Shown: piece after piece, positions 1-9,393 of the stretch | How positions within the stretch are numbered: position 1 is the first letter of the stretch | Layout: each line of letters starts with the position of its first letter | Source of the DNA: Pseudomonadota bacterium | Lineage (GTDB): Bacteria; Pseudomonadota; Gammaproteobacteria; JAKAQQ01 | Assembly (NCBI GenBank): GCA_021839245.1 | Contig: JAKCBQ010000004.1 | Span: 41,851 to 105,850, forward strand | Direction of reading: 5' to 3' | Length of the DNA: 64,000 nt | Position numbers and translations under genes: made by a program | The notes under the pieces: model-generated | Databases searched by the model: none | Told to the model about the DNA's origin: nothing | What the model saw: only the letters and a program-made list of their open reading frames with translations

Positions 1-1174
1 CCAGGATCCCGCTGCTCCCCTGACCCAGTTCTGGCACGGGGCGAACGGAAGCTTCCTCACCCGGCTCAATCCCACGCCGGTCGCCACGACCACGCTTCAG
101 ATCCCGATCCTCATCACCGTCCCGGACGAGGCCACGGGCTGCTATCCCACTAGTTCGAGCGCTTGGCCCACCCTGATTTTCGCGCACGGCATCGGGCAGA
201 ACCGGACGGACGATCTCGCTCTCGCCGACACGGCCGCCTCCGAATGCGCCACCACGGCCGCCATCGATCTCCCACTCAACGGCGTGACCGATCCCGAGAA
301 CCCCTTCTACATGGGCAAGTACGAGCGCACCTTCAACCTCCCACCAGGACTCGGCACCCCGAACGTGGGCACGGGCATCGCTCCGAGCGGGACCTACTTC
401 ATCAATCTCGACAATCTTCTCGTCTCGCGCGACAACCTCCGCGAAGCGGCCGTGGATTTCATCACCTTGGCCGAAACCCTTCCGGGCCTCACTGTCCCGA
501 CGTCGGCCAGCGTTCCCACGTCACTCCCGCTCATGGTGGCCGGCTTCGCCGGCCACTCCCTCGGCGGCATCGTCGGGACGGTGTTCAGCGCACTCGACAC
601 AACCCCCGTGCCGTTCAGCAACCAGCCTTTCCCCTCCGTCCTCGCCATGCCGGGTGGGAAGATTCCGTACCTTCTCCAGAACTCCCCCACCTTCCAGCCG
701 ATCATCGAACAGGGACTCGAGGCGGCCGGCCTTGATCCCGGGACGGTGCTCTACGCCAACTTCCTCCGCGATGCCCAGACGGTCGTCGATTCGGGCGATC
801 CCGCCAACTGGGCGGTGCAGGCGGCGGCCGAGCATCCCATCCTCATGTTCGAGATCGTGGGCGATCCCGCGACCGGCGCCCTTCCCGACCAGGTGGTGCC
901 CAACAGCTCGACCAACCTCCTTGCCACACTCATGGGCCTCACACAGTACGGATGCAGCACCGCAAGTAACACTCCTATTCACGGGATCGTGCGCTTCCTC
1001 ACCGGAACGCACGGCTCCTTCGTCGATCCGAGTCCCTCGCTGGAAGCCTACGAGGATATGGAGTACGCCTGGTTGAGCTTCGTGTCCTCCTCAGGGAGGA
1101 GCATCGCGCTTCCGTACGCGAGCATCGTTCAGCAGCCCTCCTCGACGTCCAGCTCTTGCAACCTTGTACTCTGA
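1..1174 (+). CDS. Extracellular lipase/phospholipase (Pla-1/cef/VolA-like alpha/beta hydrolase), 5' truncated by window edge
   Basis: Frame open from position 2 (…WPTLIFAHGI…AIDLPLNG…); nucleophile elbow GHSLGG; DQVVPN and GTHGS acid/His motifs. Confidence 0.75.
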   Translation, partial: QDPAAPLTQFWHGANGSFLTRLNPTPVATTTLQIPILITVPDEATGCYPTSSSAWPTLIFAHGIGQNRTDDLALADTAASECATTAAIDLPLNGVTDPENPFYMGKYERTFNLPPGLGTPNVGTGIAPSGTYFINLDNLLVSRDNLREAAVDFITLAETLPGLTVPTSASVPTSLPLMVAGFAGHSLGGIVGTVFSALDTTPVPFSNQPFPSVLAMPGGKIPYLLQNSPTFQPIIEQGLEAAGLDPGTVLYANFLRDAQTVVDSGDPANWAVQAAAEHPILMFEIVGDPATGALPDQVVPNSSTNLLATLMGLTQYGCSTASNTPIHGIVRFLTGTHGSFVDPSPSLEAYEDMEYAWLSFVSSSGRSIALPYASIVQQPSSTSSSCNLVL

Positions 1175-1186
1175 AAAACTCATGAA

Positions 1187-1217
1187 CCCCTTGGGCGGGG
1201 ATCCCCCGCCCAAGGGG
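1187..1217. terminator. Perfect 14-bp GC-rich hairpin after the lipase, likely terminator
   Basis: ccccttgggcgggg-atc-ccccgcccaagggg; no U-tract. Confidence 0.5.
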
Positions 1218-1288
1218 AGAGGGGCTGCAAACCGGATGCCCACGCGCACGATGTGCCCGGTCTCTTCCACCACGAGACAGGGGCCACA

Positions 1289-2026
1289 TTGACGAGAGGC
1301 GTCGGCACCCGTGCGGACCGGGGGGAGCCGGGCCGCACGGCCTCGGCCGTCATCCCCGCCGCGATCCACGCTGAGCATGTCTCGCTCCGCTATCCGACGG
1401 GGCAGGAGGCCTTGCGCGATCTCAACCTCTCCATCGAGGGCGGGGAGATGGTCTTTCTCACCGGACCCTCGGGGGCGGGCAAGAGTAGTCTCCTAAGACT
1501 CCTCGTCGGCCTCGAGCGACCCACCCGCGGGCGACTGCACGTCGAGGGGCGGCTCCTCGGTCCTTGGCCGAGCAACGTGCTCGCCTATCACCGCCAACGG
1601 ATCGGGATCGTCTTCCAAGACCATCGCCTCCTCGCGGACCGCACGGTCTTCGACAACGTGGCGCTCCCGCTCGTCATCCAGGGCTACGGCCAGCGGGAGA
1701 TCGGCCGTCGGGTGCGTGCGGCCCTCGACCAGGTGGGTCTCCTCGGGAAAGAATCGGCCCGCCCGCTCGCCCTCTCGGGCGGCGAGCAGCAACGCGTCGG
1801 CATCGCACGGGCGATCGTCACCCGTCCGCCGATCCTCCTCGCCGACGAGCCCACGGGGAACCTCGATCCGGATCTTGCGCTCGAGATCATGCAGCTCTTC
1901 GCCCGCCTGAACGAGCTCAGCACGACCGTGCTCGTCGCCACCCACGCCCTCGAAATCGTGCGCCGTTTCCGGACCCGCGTCCTCCGTCTCGAGGCCGGGC
2001 AGCTCAAGATCGACGGTCCTCCGTGA
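1289..2026 (+). CDS. ftsE: Cell division ATP-binding protein FtsE (start uncertain, 1253 or 1289)
   Basis: Walker A GPSGAGKS, IGIVFQDHRLL, LSGGEQQRV, LLADEPTGNLD; stop overlaps ftsX start. Confidence 0.93.
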   Translation: MTRGVGTRADRGEPGRTASAVIPAAIHAEHVSLRYPTGQEALRDLNLSIEGGEMVFLTGPSGAGKSSLLRLLVGLERPTRGRLHVEGRLLGPWPSNVLAYHRQRIGIVFQDHRLLADRTVFDNVALPLVIQGYGQREIGRRVRAALDQVGLLGKESARPLALSGGEQQRVGIARAIVTRPPILLADEPTGNLDPDLALEIMQLFARLNELSTTVLVATHALEIVRRFRTRVLRLEAGQLKIDGPP

Positions 2027-3015
2027 AACGCCGCCGCCTCCAACCCCGCGCCCGGAGCGCACGGCGGGCGGCCCCCTCCGTCCCCCACCGCCGGCTTGGA
2101 CCCCTCGTCTGGTTCACGCAGCACGCCCGCTCCGCCCTCGCCAGCCTGGGAAGCCTCTGGCGCGCACGCTGGGCGACACTCGCGACGGTGGCCGTGCTGG
2201 CCGTGGCGATCGCGTTTCCGTCCAGCCTGGCCCTCTTCGTTCGCGACGGGAACGAGCTTGCGGCCCGCTTCCAGGGCCAGGCCCAGATCGACGTCTATCT
2301 CCACACCGATCTCGGCGGTGCGCACGCGCGCAGACTCGCACACCGCATCCTGGCCGCCGGGGCCGTGCGCGCCGTCCGTGTCCTCAACCGACGTGAGAGC
2401 CTGGCTGAGTTCGCCCGCTGGTCGGGACTCGGCCAACACGCCCAGGATTTCTTCGGCCCCCACCCGCTCCCGGCGGTCGTCGTCGTCACGCCCCGCACCG
2501 CCGACCCGACCGCGGTGCGAGGGCTCGCGCGCACCTACGCCCGTCTCCCCGGCGTCGCACAGGTGCACACCGATGCCCGCTGGCTCGCCCATCTCGACGC
2601 CTTCCTCACCTTCGGCAGACGGGCGGTGATCACCCTCGCCCTCCTCTTTGCACTCGCCGCTCTCCTCGTCGTCGGCAACACCATCCGCCTCGACGTCGAG
2701 AACGCCCGCGAGGAAATCCAGGTCCTCAAGATGGTCGGCGCCACCGACGCCTTTGTTCGACGCCCGTTCCTCTACCGCGGGGTCTACTACGGAATCGCCG
2801 GAAGTCTCGGGGCCTACCTTCTGGTGTTCGTCGTCAACCTCGCCCTGGCCGCCCCCCTGACGCACCTCGGAAGACTCTACGAGGCGGGCTTCCGCCTCTC
2901 TTGGCCGGGGCTCGGGTTCGTGCTCGTTCTTCTCGGACTGGGGGCGCTCCTCGGCTGGTTCGGAGCGGCGCATGCCGTCCGCTCCGAACTCCGTAGACTC
3001 GAAAAACTCCTCTAG
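2023..3015 (+). CDS. ftsX: Cell division permease FtsX
   Basis: GTG overlapping ftsE TGA; VGNTIRLDVENAREEIQVLKMVGATDAFVRRPFLY signature; four TM segments. Confidence 0.92.
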   Translation: MKRRRLQPRARSARRAAPSVPHRRLGPLVWFTQHARSALASLGSLWRARWATLATVAVLAVAIAFPSSLALFVRDGNELAARFQGQAQIDVYLHTDLGGAHARRLAHRILAAGAVRAVRVLNRRESLAEFARWSGLGQHAQDFFGPHPLPAVVVVTPRTADPTAVRGLARTYARLPGVAQVHTDARWLAHLDAFLTFGRRAVITLALLFALAALLVVGNTIRLDVENAREEIQVLKMVGATDAFVRRPFLYRGVYYGIAGSLGAYLLVFVVNLALAAPLTHLGRLYEAGFRLSWPGLGFVLVLLGLGALLGWFGAAHAVRSELRRLEKLL

Positions 3016-3236
3016 CATCCTTCCGGCCGCGCGGCGTTCTCTCTTCCCGATCGCCGTCATCGCCCGCGTGTCCCGATCGTGGGCCGTGTGAGACCGAAGA
3101 GCGTGCGCCCTCGGCGGCCGGGGCCGACGCCGCGTTCTCCTTCGTCAGCGGAGCGGGTGACGGCGACGACGCGTCGACGAAGAAGCTTCCGGGGACGGAG
3201 CCCGAGACACGTCCCCGCCCGAGACGCTGACCGTGA

Positions 3237-3869
3237 TCAAGGCACCGTGATCAAGACCATGCCGTTCACGCCGTTTTCCGCCACGGGTTTCCCCTCGACC
3301 CCCCGCCCGCCGGCAATGGCGCCGGACTCCGGTCGAACCACGGAAGAACCGAGCGCCGCTCCGCCGCGTCCCCCGCCGCAGAGTCCGCTCTCGCCGTAGG
3401 GGTGCTTCCAGGCGCCGCGCGGCATTCCTTCACCGAGGAATCCGCCGCCGTTCCCCCCGCGCCCGTAGCAGCCGGACCCGCCGTAGGCCGCGATCTCCGC
3501 CAAATCGGCTCGGGGCGGGACGATCCAACGGTAGGCACCCGGTTTGTTCCAAACCTTGTTGGGGCCGGAAGCGGAAAACGGGGAAGGGGCGATGCCCGCC
3601 GTCGTCGGGACCCGAGCCGAGAGGGCTTTCACTCGGGCCACGGCGGCGGCGATCTTAGCCTGCTCACCTGCGAGCTTGGCCTGGATCGCGGCGAGAGACG
3701 TCGCGGGACCCGCCGCCGTGACAGACGGCGCGGCCGAGGCGCGAGCCTCGTGACTGTTCCCGCAGGCGGCGAGAGCGAGGGCGAGACCGCTCAGAAACGT
3801 CAGCGAAAAGAAACGACGGCTGTCGAGTCCGCGGACGGCCAACCCCGCTCTCCTCGGCGACTTGGTCAT
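3237..3869 (-). CDS. Hypothetical lipoprotein with glycine-rich C-terminal domain
   Basis: AAGGAG RBS; SRRFF twin-Arg-like motif followed by lipobox LAAC; Gly-rich GGSG..GRGGNGGG..GGGRGG ending GMVLITVP. Confidence 0.6.
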   Translation of the reverse strand: MTKSPRRAGLAVRGLDSRRFFSLTFLSGLALALAACGNSHEARASAAPSVTAAGPATSLAAIQAKLAGEQAKIAAAVARVKALSARVPTTAGIAPSPFSASGPNKVWNKPGAYRWIVPPRADLAEIAAYGGSGCYGRGGNGGGFLGEGMPRGAWKHPYGESGLCGGGRGGAALGSSVVRPESGAIAGGRGVEGKPVAENGVNGMVLITVP

Positions 3870-3997
3870 GATAGATCTCCTTCACAGAAGGTTGAAGAAT
3901 CAGGGGCGGAACGAATCTTGTCACAAACGCCCGTCCCGCGAGCTAAGGGCGCCGATGAGCCTCGAGATCCGGGCGGCGGACAACGACGCTCTCGTCC

Positions 3998-5171
3998 TCA
4001 TGCTCCCCTTTCTTCGGGCTCTTCGAACACACGCAGATACGGATCGAAGCGGAATCGGCGATTACGGGCGTAGCCCGTGATCTCACGAAGCACGCCCGCC
4101 TCGACGAGGCGGTTGACCAGTTGATTGGCCGCCGCCGGGCTCACATCGAGCCATCGGCGCACGGTGGCGACGGACCGATGGGATGATCGAAGAGCTTCTC
4201 CATGATGCGGTGGCCGTTGGCGGCGGCTCGGCCCAGATGCTCGGTGATGCGATTGCGATAGTCTTCGCGCATGCGCAGGACGGCCGCCGCGGTCGCGGTG
4301 GCCTCGTCCGCGACGTCGGCCACGCCGCGCAGGAAAAAGGCGAGCCAGCCTTCCCAGTCGCCTGAATCGCGCACGGCCTGGAGACGATCGTAGTACTCGG
4401 CGCGATGACGCTTGAAGTAATGGGCAAGATAGAGGACGGGACGGGCAAGAATTTTGCGTTCGGTGAGCAGAAAGGTGACGAGCAGCCGGCCGATACGCCC
4501 GTTACGGTCGAGGAAGGATGGATGGTCTCGAACTGGGCGTGGGCGAGCCCGACCTTGACCAACACCGGCAGGCCATCTTTGGCGTGAAGGAAACGCTCGA
4601 GGTCGGCCAGCGCGTTCGGGACCTCGTGCGGCGGTGGCGGCACGAACGCGGCTTCGCTCAAAAGACAGTCGCGCGGGCCGATCCAGTTCTGAGTCGTTCG
4701 CAGCTCCCCCGGCGTAAGCCGCCCGCCGCGCACACCACGCATGAGCTCCTCACGGATTTCGCGGATGGGCCGTACCGAGACCGGAAGGGCGTCGAGACGC
4801 TTCAACCCGTAGTCCATCGCGTGAACGTAGTTGACGACTTCGCCCACGTCTGCGGGCGTGTTCGGATCGCGGAGGCGGGCCTCGGCAGCAAGAAGATTCT
4901 GAAGTGAGCTTTGCGTGCCCTCGATCTGGCTCGAGAGCACGGCTTCCTTGCGGACGTACATGAAGACGAAGAGCTCGGGGTTGGGCAGTGTGAGGACAGC
5001 GCCGTCCAGCCGGCCCGGGGCGTAGTCGGCCCGAGAAAGAAGGCCTCGAATCGGCTCTCCGAGATCGAGCGGGGGGTCGGGCGGCAGAGGGGCTGGTATG
5101 AAGGCACGGTAGCCGTATGGTTGACGAACGTTTCGGCCAGCACGGTTTTCTTGACTACCCGTTACGTTCAT
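3998..5171 (-). pseudogene. Fic/DOC family protein, frameshifted
   Basis: N-terminal AFIPAPLPP and EAVLSSQIEGTQS; one base missing inside the Fic motif (FETIHP/[F]LDRNGRIGRLL at ~4515); further frameshift(s) near 4100-4180; C-terminus EITGYARNRRFRFDPYL ends at TGA 3998. Confidence 0.85.
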
Positions 5172-5705
5172 CAAGGATTACCCAATTTGTGCATGCTCAA
5201 CGTAGCATTGATTATGGGCACGAGTACCGCTCATATTCGACTCAGGCTATATCAGGCTTTCCACCATGGCCCTGTTTGGCGGCCAATTCAGCTGCACGCC
5301 GTGGGGATCCTACCTAGATGTCATGTTTCAACAGGTTGTTATGGAGGTTCATTCGGACCGGACCCGAGAGACTGGAAGTCGTCCAGCGATCAGTTCCCAG
5401 GAGACCGGCCGAATGAACCACCATCAAGAGGGCGGGCTTACGTTTGCACGTCGCGGGGAGATGGTGTGCGCGATGATCGAATCGACGCTCTCCCCGGCGG
5501 CGGCCGCGACCGCCGCCCGGCTGAGTGAAACGACGGCCCGCGAGCGGCGGGCCCGCGACCGGGCGGGAGGGCCGACCGCGCCGGCCGACGCCCGTTCCCG
5601 GCCGCGAACCAGCCCGCGAGCGATCGAGAAGTCACAGTGACCCGCGGAAAGTGATTCCCGCGGAGTTGTGCCAACGCGAGATTCTTCGGTAAACGCGTAT
5701 CGTTC

Positions 5706-6371
5706 TCAAGGAGGTTGACAGCAGACGTCACAGTCGCAACATACGACTGCCCCGCAGCACGTGAGGATGCCGGGACCAGGATTGCAGGGTGTTCTGCAAC
5801 ACGTGCCGGGTGTCGCGCTTGTCAACAAGGTTGACATGCTCTCATGGATGGGAAGCCCATGATAGGGTTTGGGACCCGCCGGTTTTTGCGCCTTCTGGAG
5901 AAGCTGAAGTACTTGGTACCGGGCAAGCGGTCGGGCTTGGAAAACAATACGCCAAGCGATTGTTCTACCGTTGGCATCCAATCTTTTCAGAGACATGCTT
6001 CCCATCCTCCCATCCAGAAGCTCCATACGGGGTTTGCCAATGATTTTCCAACGATGTCCCGCGAGTTGGGCGATCCCAAGGTCGACCGCCACGGCTTTCT
6101 GGCCCGATCGGGTGATGACGTTGTCGGCAATCTTATAGACAAGCCGGTAGATTCTCGGACCGACACGGACTGTCAATACGACAGGATGCGCAAGCCTGGC
6201 CACCTGTTGAGCAGTTCCGAACTGAATCAAGGTTTGACCCTGATAGACAAGGCCTTCTTGAACCCGGTAATAACAGAAACTGTTTTGGCAGCCCGAAGCA
6301 GCGCCTGCACGACAGGCGCCCGCAACGAGGAAAACGAGTGGTAGCAATCCAGTAATCATGATGCGTTTCAT
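5706..6371 (-). CDS. Secreted hypothetical protein with 10-Cys C-terminal tail
   Basis: GGAG RBS; signal peptide MKRIMITGLLPLVFLVAG; tail CCRTPC…CCGAVVCCDCDVCC. Confidence 0.65.
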   Translation of the reverse strand: MKRIMITGLLPLVFLVAGACRAGAASGCQNSFCYYRVQEGLVYQGQTLIQFGTAQQVARLAHPVVLTVRVGPRIYRLVYKIADNVITRSGQKAVAVDLGIAQLAGHRWKIIGKPRMELLDGRMGSMSLKRLDANGRTIAWRIVFQARPLARYQVLQLLQKAQKPAGPKPYHGLPIHESMSTLLTSATPGTCCRTPCNPGPGILTCCGAVVCCDCDVCCQPP

Positions 6372-6612
6372 AGTCGGCTCCTCCGTTGACAGTCTCCAAG
6401 TTGTTGTAACCAGACGGCAGCTTGCCGCCGCCCTCTGCTACGGCCAACTGCCAATCAGGCATCTATGGCCCATCCGGATTCTGTTGCGCAAGATTCTATT
6501 GTACAAGTCCATCACCAACCCGAGTGCCAAAGGTGGTGGACTTGTACAGCATCGTGCGGTGTGTAGCCGCACGTGTTACAATGTCTTACGCACTGATAGC
6601 AGGAGCGTAACT

Positions 6613-6828
6613 ATGGGCACCCTGACGATCCGTCTCGACGACCAACTTGAGCGCGCACTGAACCGGCTCGCCAAAACGCAGCACCGGACGAAGAGCGAGG
6701 TCGCGCGCGAACTGCTACGCCGACATATTCTCGTGCGCCAGCTGGACGAAACCCGAAACAGGCTTCGACCTTATGCCGAGGCCGCCGGCTATCTGACCGA
6801 CGAGGATTTCTTTCGGAACATCTCTTGA
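6613..6828 (+). CDS. Ribbon-helix-helix (CopG-like) antitoxin
   Basis: AGGAG RBS; MGTLTIRLDDQLERALNRLAK…KSEVARELL RHH pattern; overlaps PIN gene. Confidence 0.8.
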   Translation: MGTLTIRLDDQLERALNRLAKTQHRTKSEVARELLRRHILVRQLDETRNRLRPYAEAAGYLTDEDFFRNIS

Positions 6829-7238
6829 GGATTTTTCTCGACACCAACGTCCTCGCCAGTGGATTGATGGGTCACGGACTGTGCCACGATCTCCTGGATC
6901 GCATCCTCATCGAGCACACGGTACTGCTCGGTGCTCCGGTGTATGAAGAACTGCACCGGATCCTCACCTCGAAGTTCCGTGTTCCGGCAGAGTTGTGGCG
7001 CCAACTGGAATCGGGTCTGCGCGCCTTCGAACATGCGCCTTCGGTGGAAACGCCACTGAACACGCCCCTCCCCGACTCCGACGATATCCCGATCCTCGCG
7101 TGCGCGCTCGCTGCCAAGGCCGATGTTTTCGTCACCGGCGACAAGGCGCTACTCGATCTTCGGATGGTCGAAGAACTGCCGATCCTCTCGCCACGACAGG
7201 TCTGGCAACGACTCTCTGGTCTCAGGCTGCCGCCCTGA
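6825..7238 (+). CDS. PIN-domain toxin (VapC-like)
   Basis: MRIFLDTNVL, DSDDIPILACALAAKADVFVTGDKALL acidic PIN motifs. Confidence 0.88.
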   Translation: MRIFLDTNVLASGLMGHGLCHDLLDRILIEHTVLLGAPVYEELHRILTSKFRVPAELWRQLESGLRAFEHAPSVETPLNTPLPDSDDIPILACALAAKADVFVTGDKALLDLRMVEELPILSPRQVWQRLSGLRLPP

Positions 7239-7435
7239 TGGGCACGACCACGGCCGGGTTTGTGCGTGCCGCGGCCAAGGAGAAGGCCCGGACTCTCCTT
7301 GAGCAAGAGGTCCGTGTCGGCATGTCGACGCGGGACTTCGCCCAGTTCAGTGCCGCCTTGGGCCAGACCTTCACTCCCAATCCTGCATTGAAGGAGGCTC
7401 TGAAGAGCGCGCGTCGTTCGGTGCATCGTGCTTGA
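7222..7435 (+). pseudogene. DUF1778/TacA-type antitoxin, N-terminally truncated
   Basis: QAAALMGTTTAGFVRAAA…MSTRDFAQFSAAL…PNPALKEAL; N-terminal RHH strand absent. Confidence 0.7.
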
Positions 7436-7679
7436 AGAGCATCGACTCGATTCCAAGGTTCATGATTGCGCCGCCTTCGACTGCGGGACGCCGGTCTTGA
7501 ACGAGTCCCTGGCGCGTTTTGCAACACAACACCGCCGCCGGAGGATCGCGCAGATCTCTGTCCTGGTGGACTCCTCCCTGCCTTCGGCAGTGCTCGGCTA
7601 CGACACGCTCAGTGCGGCTGAAGTGCATACGGCGCAGATCACGGACGCAGATCGTAAACGCTTGCCGCGGTTCCCGGTC
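7428..7679 (+). pseudogene. GNAT (TacT/AtaT-like) toxin, C-terminally truncated by an IS end
   Basis: HDCAAFDCGTPVLN…VLGYDTLSAAEV…RKRLPRFPV, then homology stops before the acetyl-CoA-binding motif. Confidence 0.75.
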
Positions 7680-7922
7680 CAGTCAAGTCCAATCTCTGCT
7701 GTAATTTCGCTCCGGCTCGACGTGCTCAACTCAAGGACACCACCTGCTCCAAAGGAGGGCCCGCGGGGTGTCGGGTCGCGAGCCATTCGTGAAATTCATC
7801 CCTATTGAGGTAGCGCTGCCCGCCCCACGCCTCGTGCTGCTCGACCAAGAGAGCCCCGAGGAGACGGTGGGCCGATTCGGCACCGGGGAAGATCCGGATC
7901 ACCCGCTCCCGTCGGCGATTGA
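7680..7922 (-). mobile_element. IS256-family right-end remnant (transposase C-terminus plus terminal IR)
   Basis: Minus strand translates NRRRERVIRIFPGAESAHRLLGALLVEQHEAW…RYLN; followed by ttacagcagagattggacttgac IR-like end. Confidence 0.75.
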
Positions 7923-7929
7923 CGGCAGT

Positions 7930-8602
7930 TTAAGGACTCAATCGTCCCCGTCAGAAAAGCAAAACCGATCGAGAATTTTGTGGCGGGAAGCACGGCGCGT
8001 GCTGCCGCTGAGATCGTCGGCGTTCAGCCCAACACCGCGATCCGCTTCTTCATGCGCCTGCGCCCGCTGCTCGCCAGCAAGCTCCCGAGCTATCAGCTCT
8101 GTGGCGAGAAGGGAAGCGGATGAGAGTGACTTCGGGAGTGTGCGCAAGGGCAAGCGAGGTCACGGAGCGGCCAGCAAGGTGGTCGTATTCGGGCTTTAAA
8201 ACCGGGGCGGTCAGATTTATACCGCCGCCATCACCAACGCCCGAACCGAGACGTTGCTGCCTATCATTCAGGAGAAGGTCGAGCCTGACAGCATCGTTTA
8301 TACCGATGCGTTCGGCGCCTACGGCGCCCACGATGCGCTTGATGTATCCGATTTCCATCATCGGCGAATCAATCACTCAAAGCGCTTCGCCATGCGGCGG
8401 AATCCCATCAACGGCATCGAGAATTTTGGGAACCAAGCCGAGCGTCAGATGCACAAGGACAGCGGGATCAAACCAGAGAACTTTTACTGGTTTTTGAAAG
8501 AGTGCGAGTGGCATTTCAATGGAGGCCGTCACTCACAGCTCCTGAAGCAGCTAAAATCCTGGTATAAACAGGCAAAACACTAACCCTTAGCTACTTCAGC
8601 CC
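7930..8602 (+). mobile_element. IS1595-family (IS1016-like) transposase pseudogene with right IR
   Basis: EADESDFG..RKGKRGHGAASKVVVFGL, DSIVYTD, INHS…INGIENF, FLKECEWHFN across frameshifts/stop; end cccttagctacttcagcccc. Confidence 0.85.
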
Positions 8603-8732
8603 CAAGACTCAAGACTTGAGAAGATGCTTGGACTCTTCCCGCTCCGCGCCAGCCTGCCCGGGCGACACCCTCGCCCGTGAAAACCTTCGACCAGAGGTCG
8701 CACGTGCGCACCCGCCTCTTTCAACGGAATTC

Positions 8733-8826
8733 TGGCGGAGAGAGAGGGATTCGAACCCTCGAAGGGCGTACAAGCACCCTTACTCCCTTAGCAGGGGAGC
8801 GCTTTCGACCACTCAGCCATCTCTCC
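8733..8826 (-). tRNA. tRNA-Ser (anticodon GCT)
   Basis: GGAGAGATGGCTGAGTGG…ctccc-CT-GCT-AA-gggag…long variable arm…GGTTCGAATCC…CCA; typical position after csrA. Confidence 0.97.
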
Positions 8827-8865
8827 ACACCGCCGCATCAACTTTTGCCGATCCGGGCCACAGGC

Positions 8866-9192
8866 TCAGTCGAGATCCTCTTCTTCAGGATTGTCGTCCT
8901 CGACGGACTCCTCGAAGGCATGGTTCTTCTTCCGGTAGTATTCGGGATCGACGTTGCCCGGCTCCACCTTCGCCGATCCACCCTTGCCGACCCGACCCAT
9001 CGAAAGCGCGGTCATGCCCTGCGAGGCACGCTCCTGCTGGATCCGGATGTAGATTTCCTCACGGTGGACGGCGATGTCACGCGGAGCGTTGATGCCGATC
9101 CGGACTTGGTTGCCCTTGACGCCGAGGACCGTCAACGTGACGTCGTCACCGACCATGACGGTTTCCCCGACGCGACGTGTCAGTATGAGCAT
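8866..9192 (-). CDS. csrA: Carbon storage regulator CsrA/RsmA with C-terminal extension
   Basis: [10 protein letters not shown]…[11 protein letters not shown]…VHREEIY; AAGGAG RBS. Confidence 0.95.
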   Translation of the reverse strand: MLILTRRVGETVMVGDDVTLTVLGVKGNQVRIGINAPRDIAVHREEIYIRIQQERASQGMTALSMGRVGKGGSAKVEPGNVDPEYYRKKNHAFEESVEDDNPEEEDLD

Positions 9193-9393
9193 GATGGAAT
9201 CTCCTTGAAGGGATCTGGCGTGTGGCCAACAACGATGAGGTGCCCGTCCGCCGTGTTCACCCGTGTCCTGCTCGCTGAGCCCCCCCTCGGGCACCTGCCC
9301 CCAGCGAGAGCGGGTGTCGCGCAACAAACGCACGGGTGTGCTGTGTCTATTATGCCCCGAACGGAGAGCTCCTGCAGAATTTAGAAGGGTCGT

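Noticed and set aside
3016-3236. attR copy of the tRNA-Ser 3' end at the far island boundary
   Set aside because: No match to tggcggagagagaggga found
5266-5640. 124-aa + strand ORF between Fic and the Cys-rich gene
   Set aside because: Composition shifts midway and there is no recognisable domain; probably junction debris
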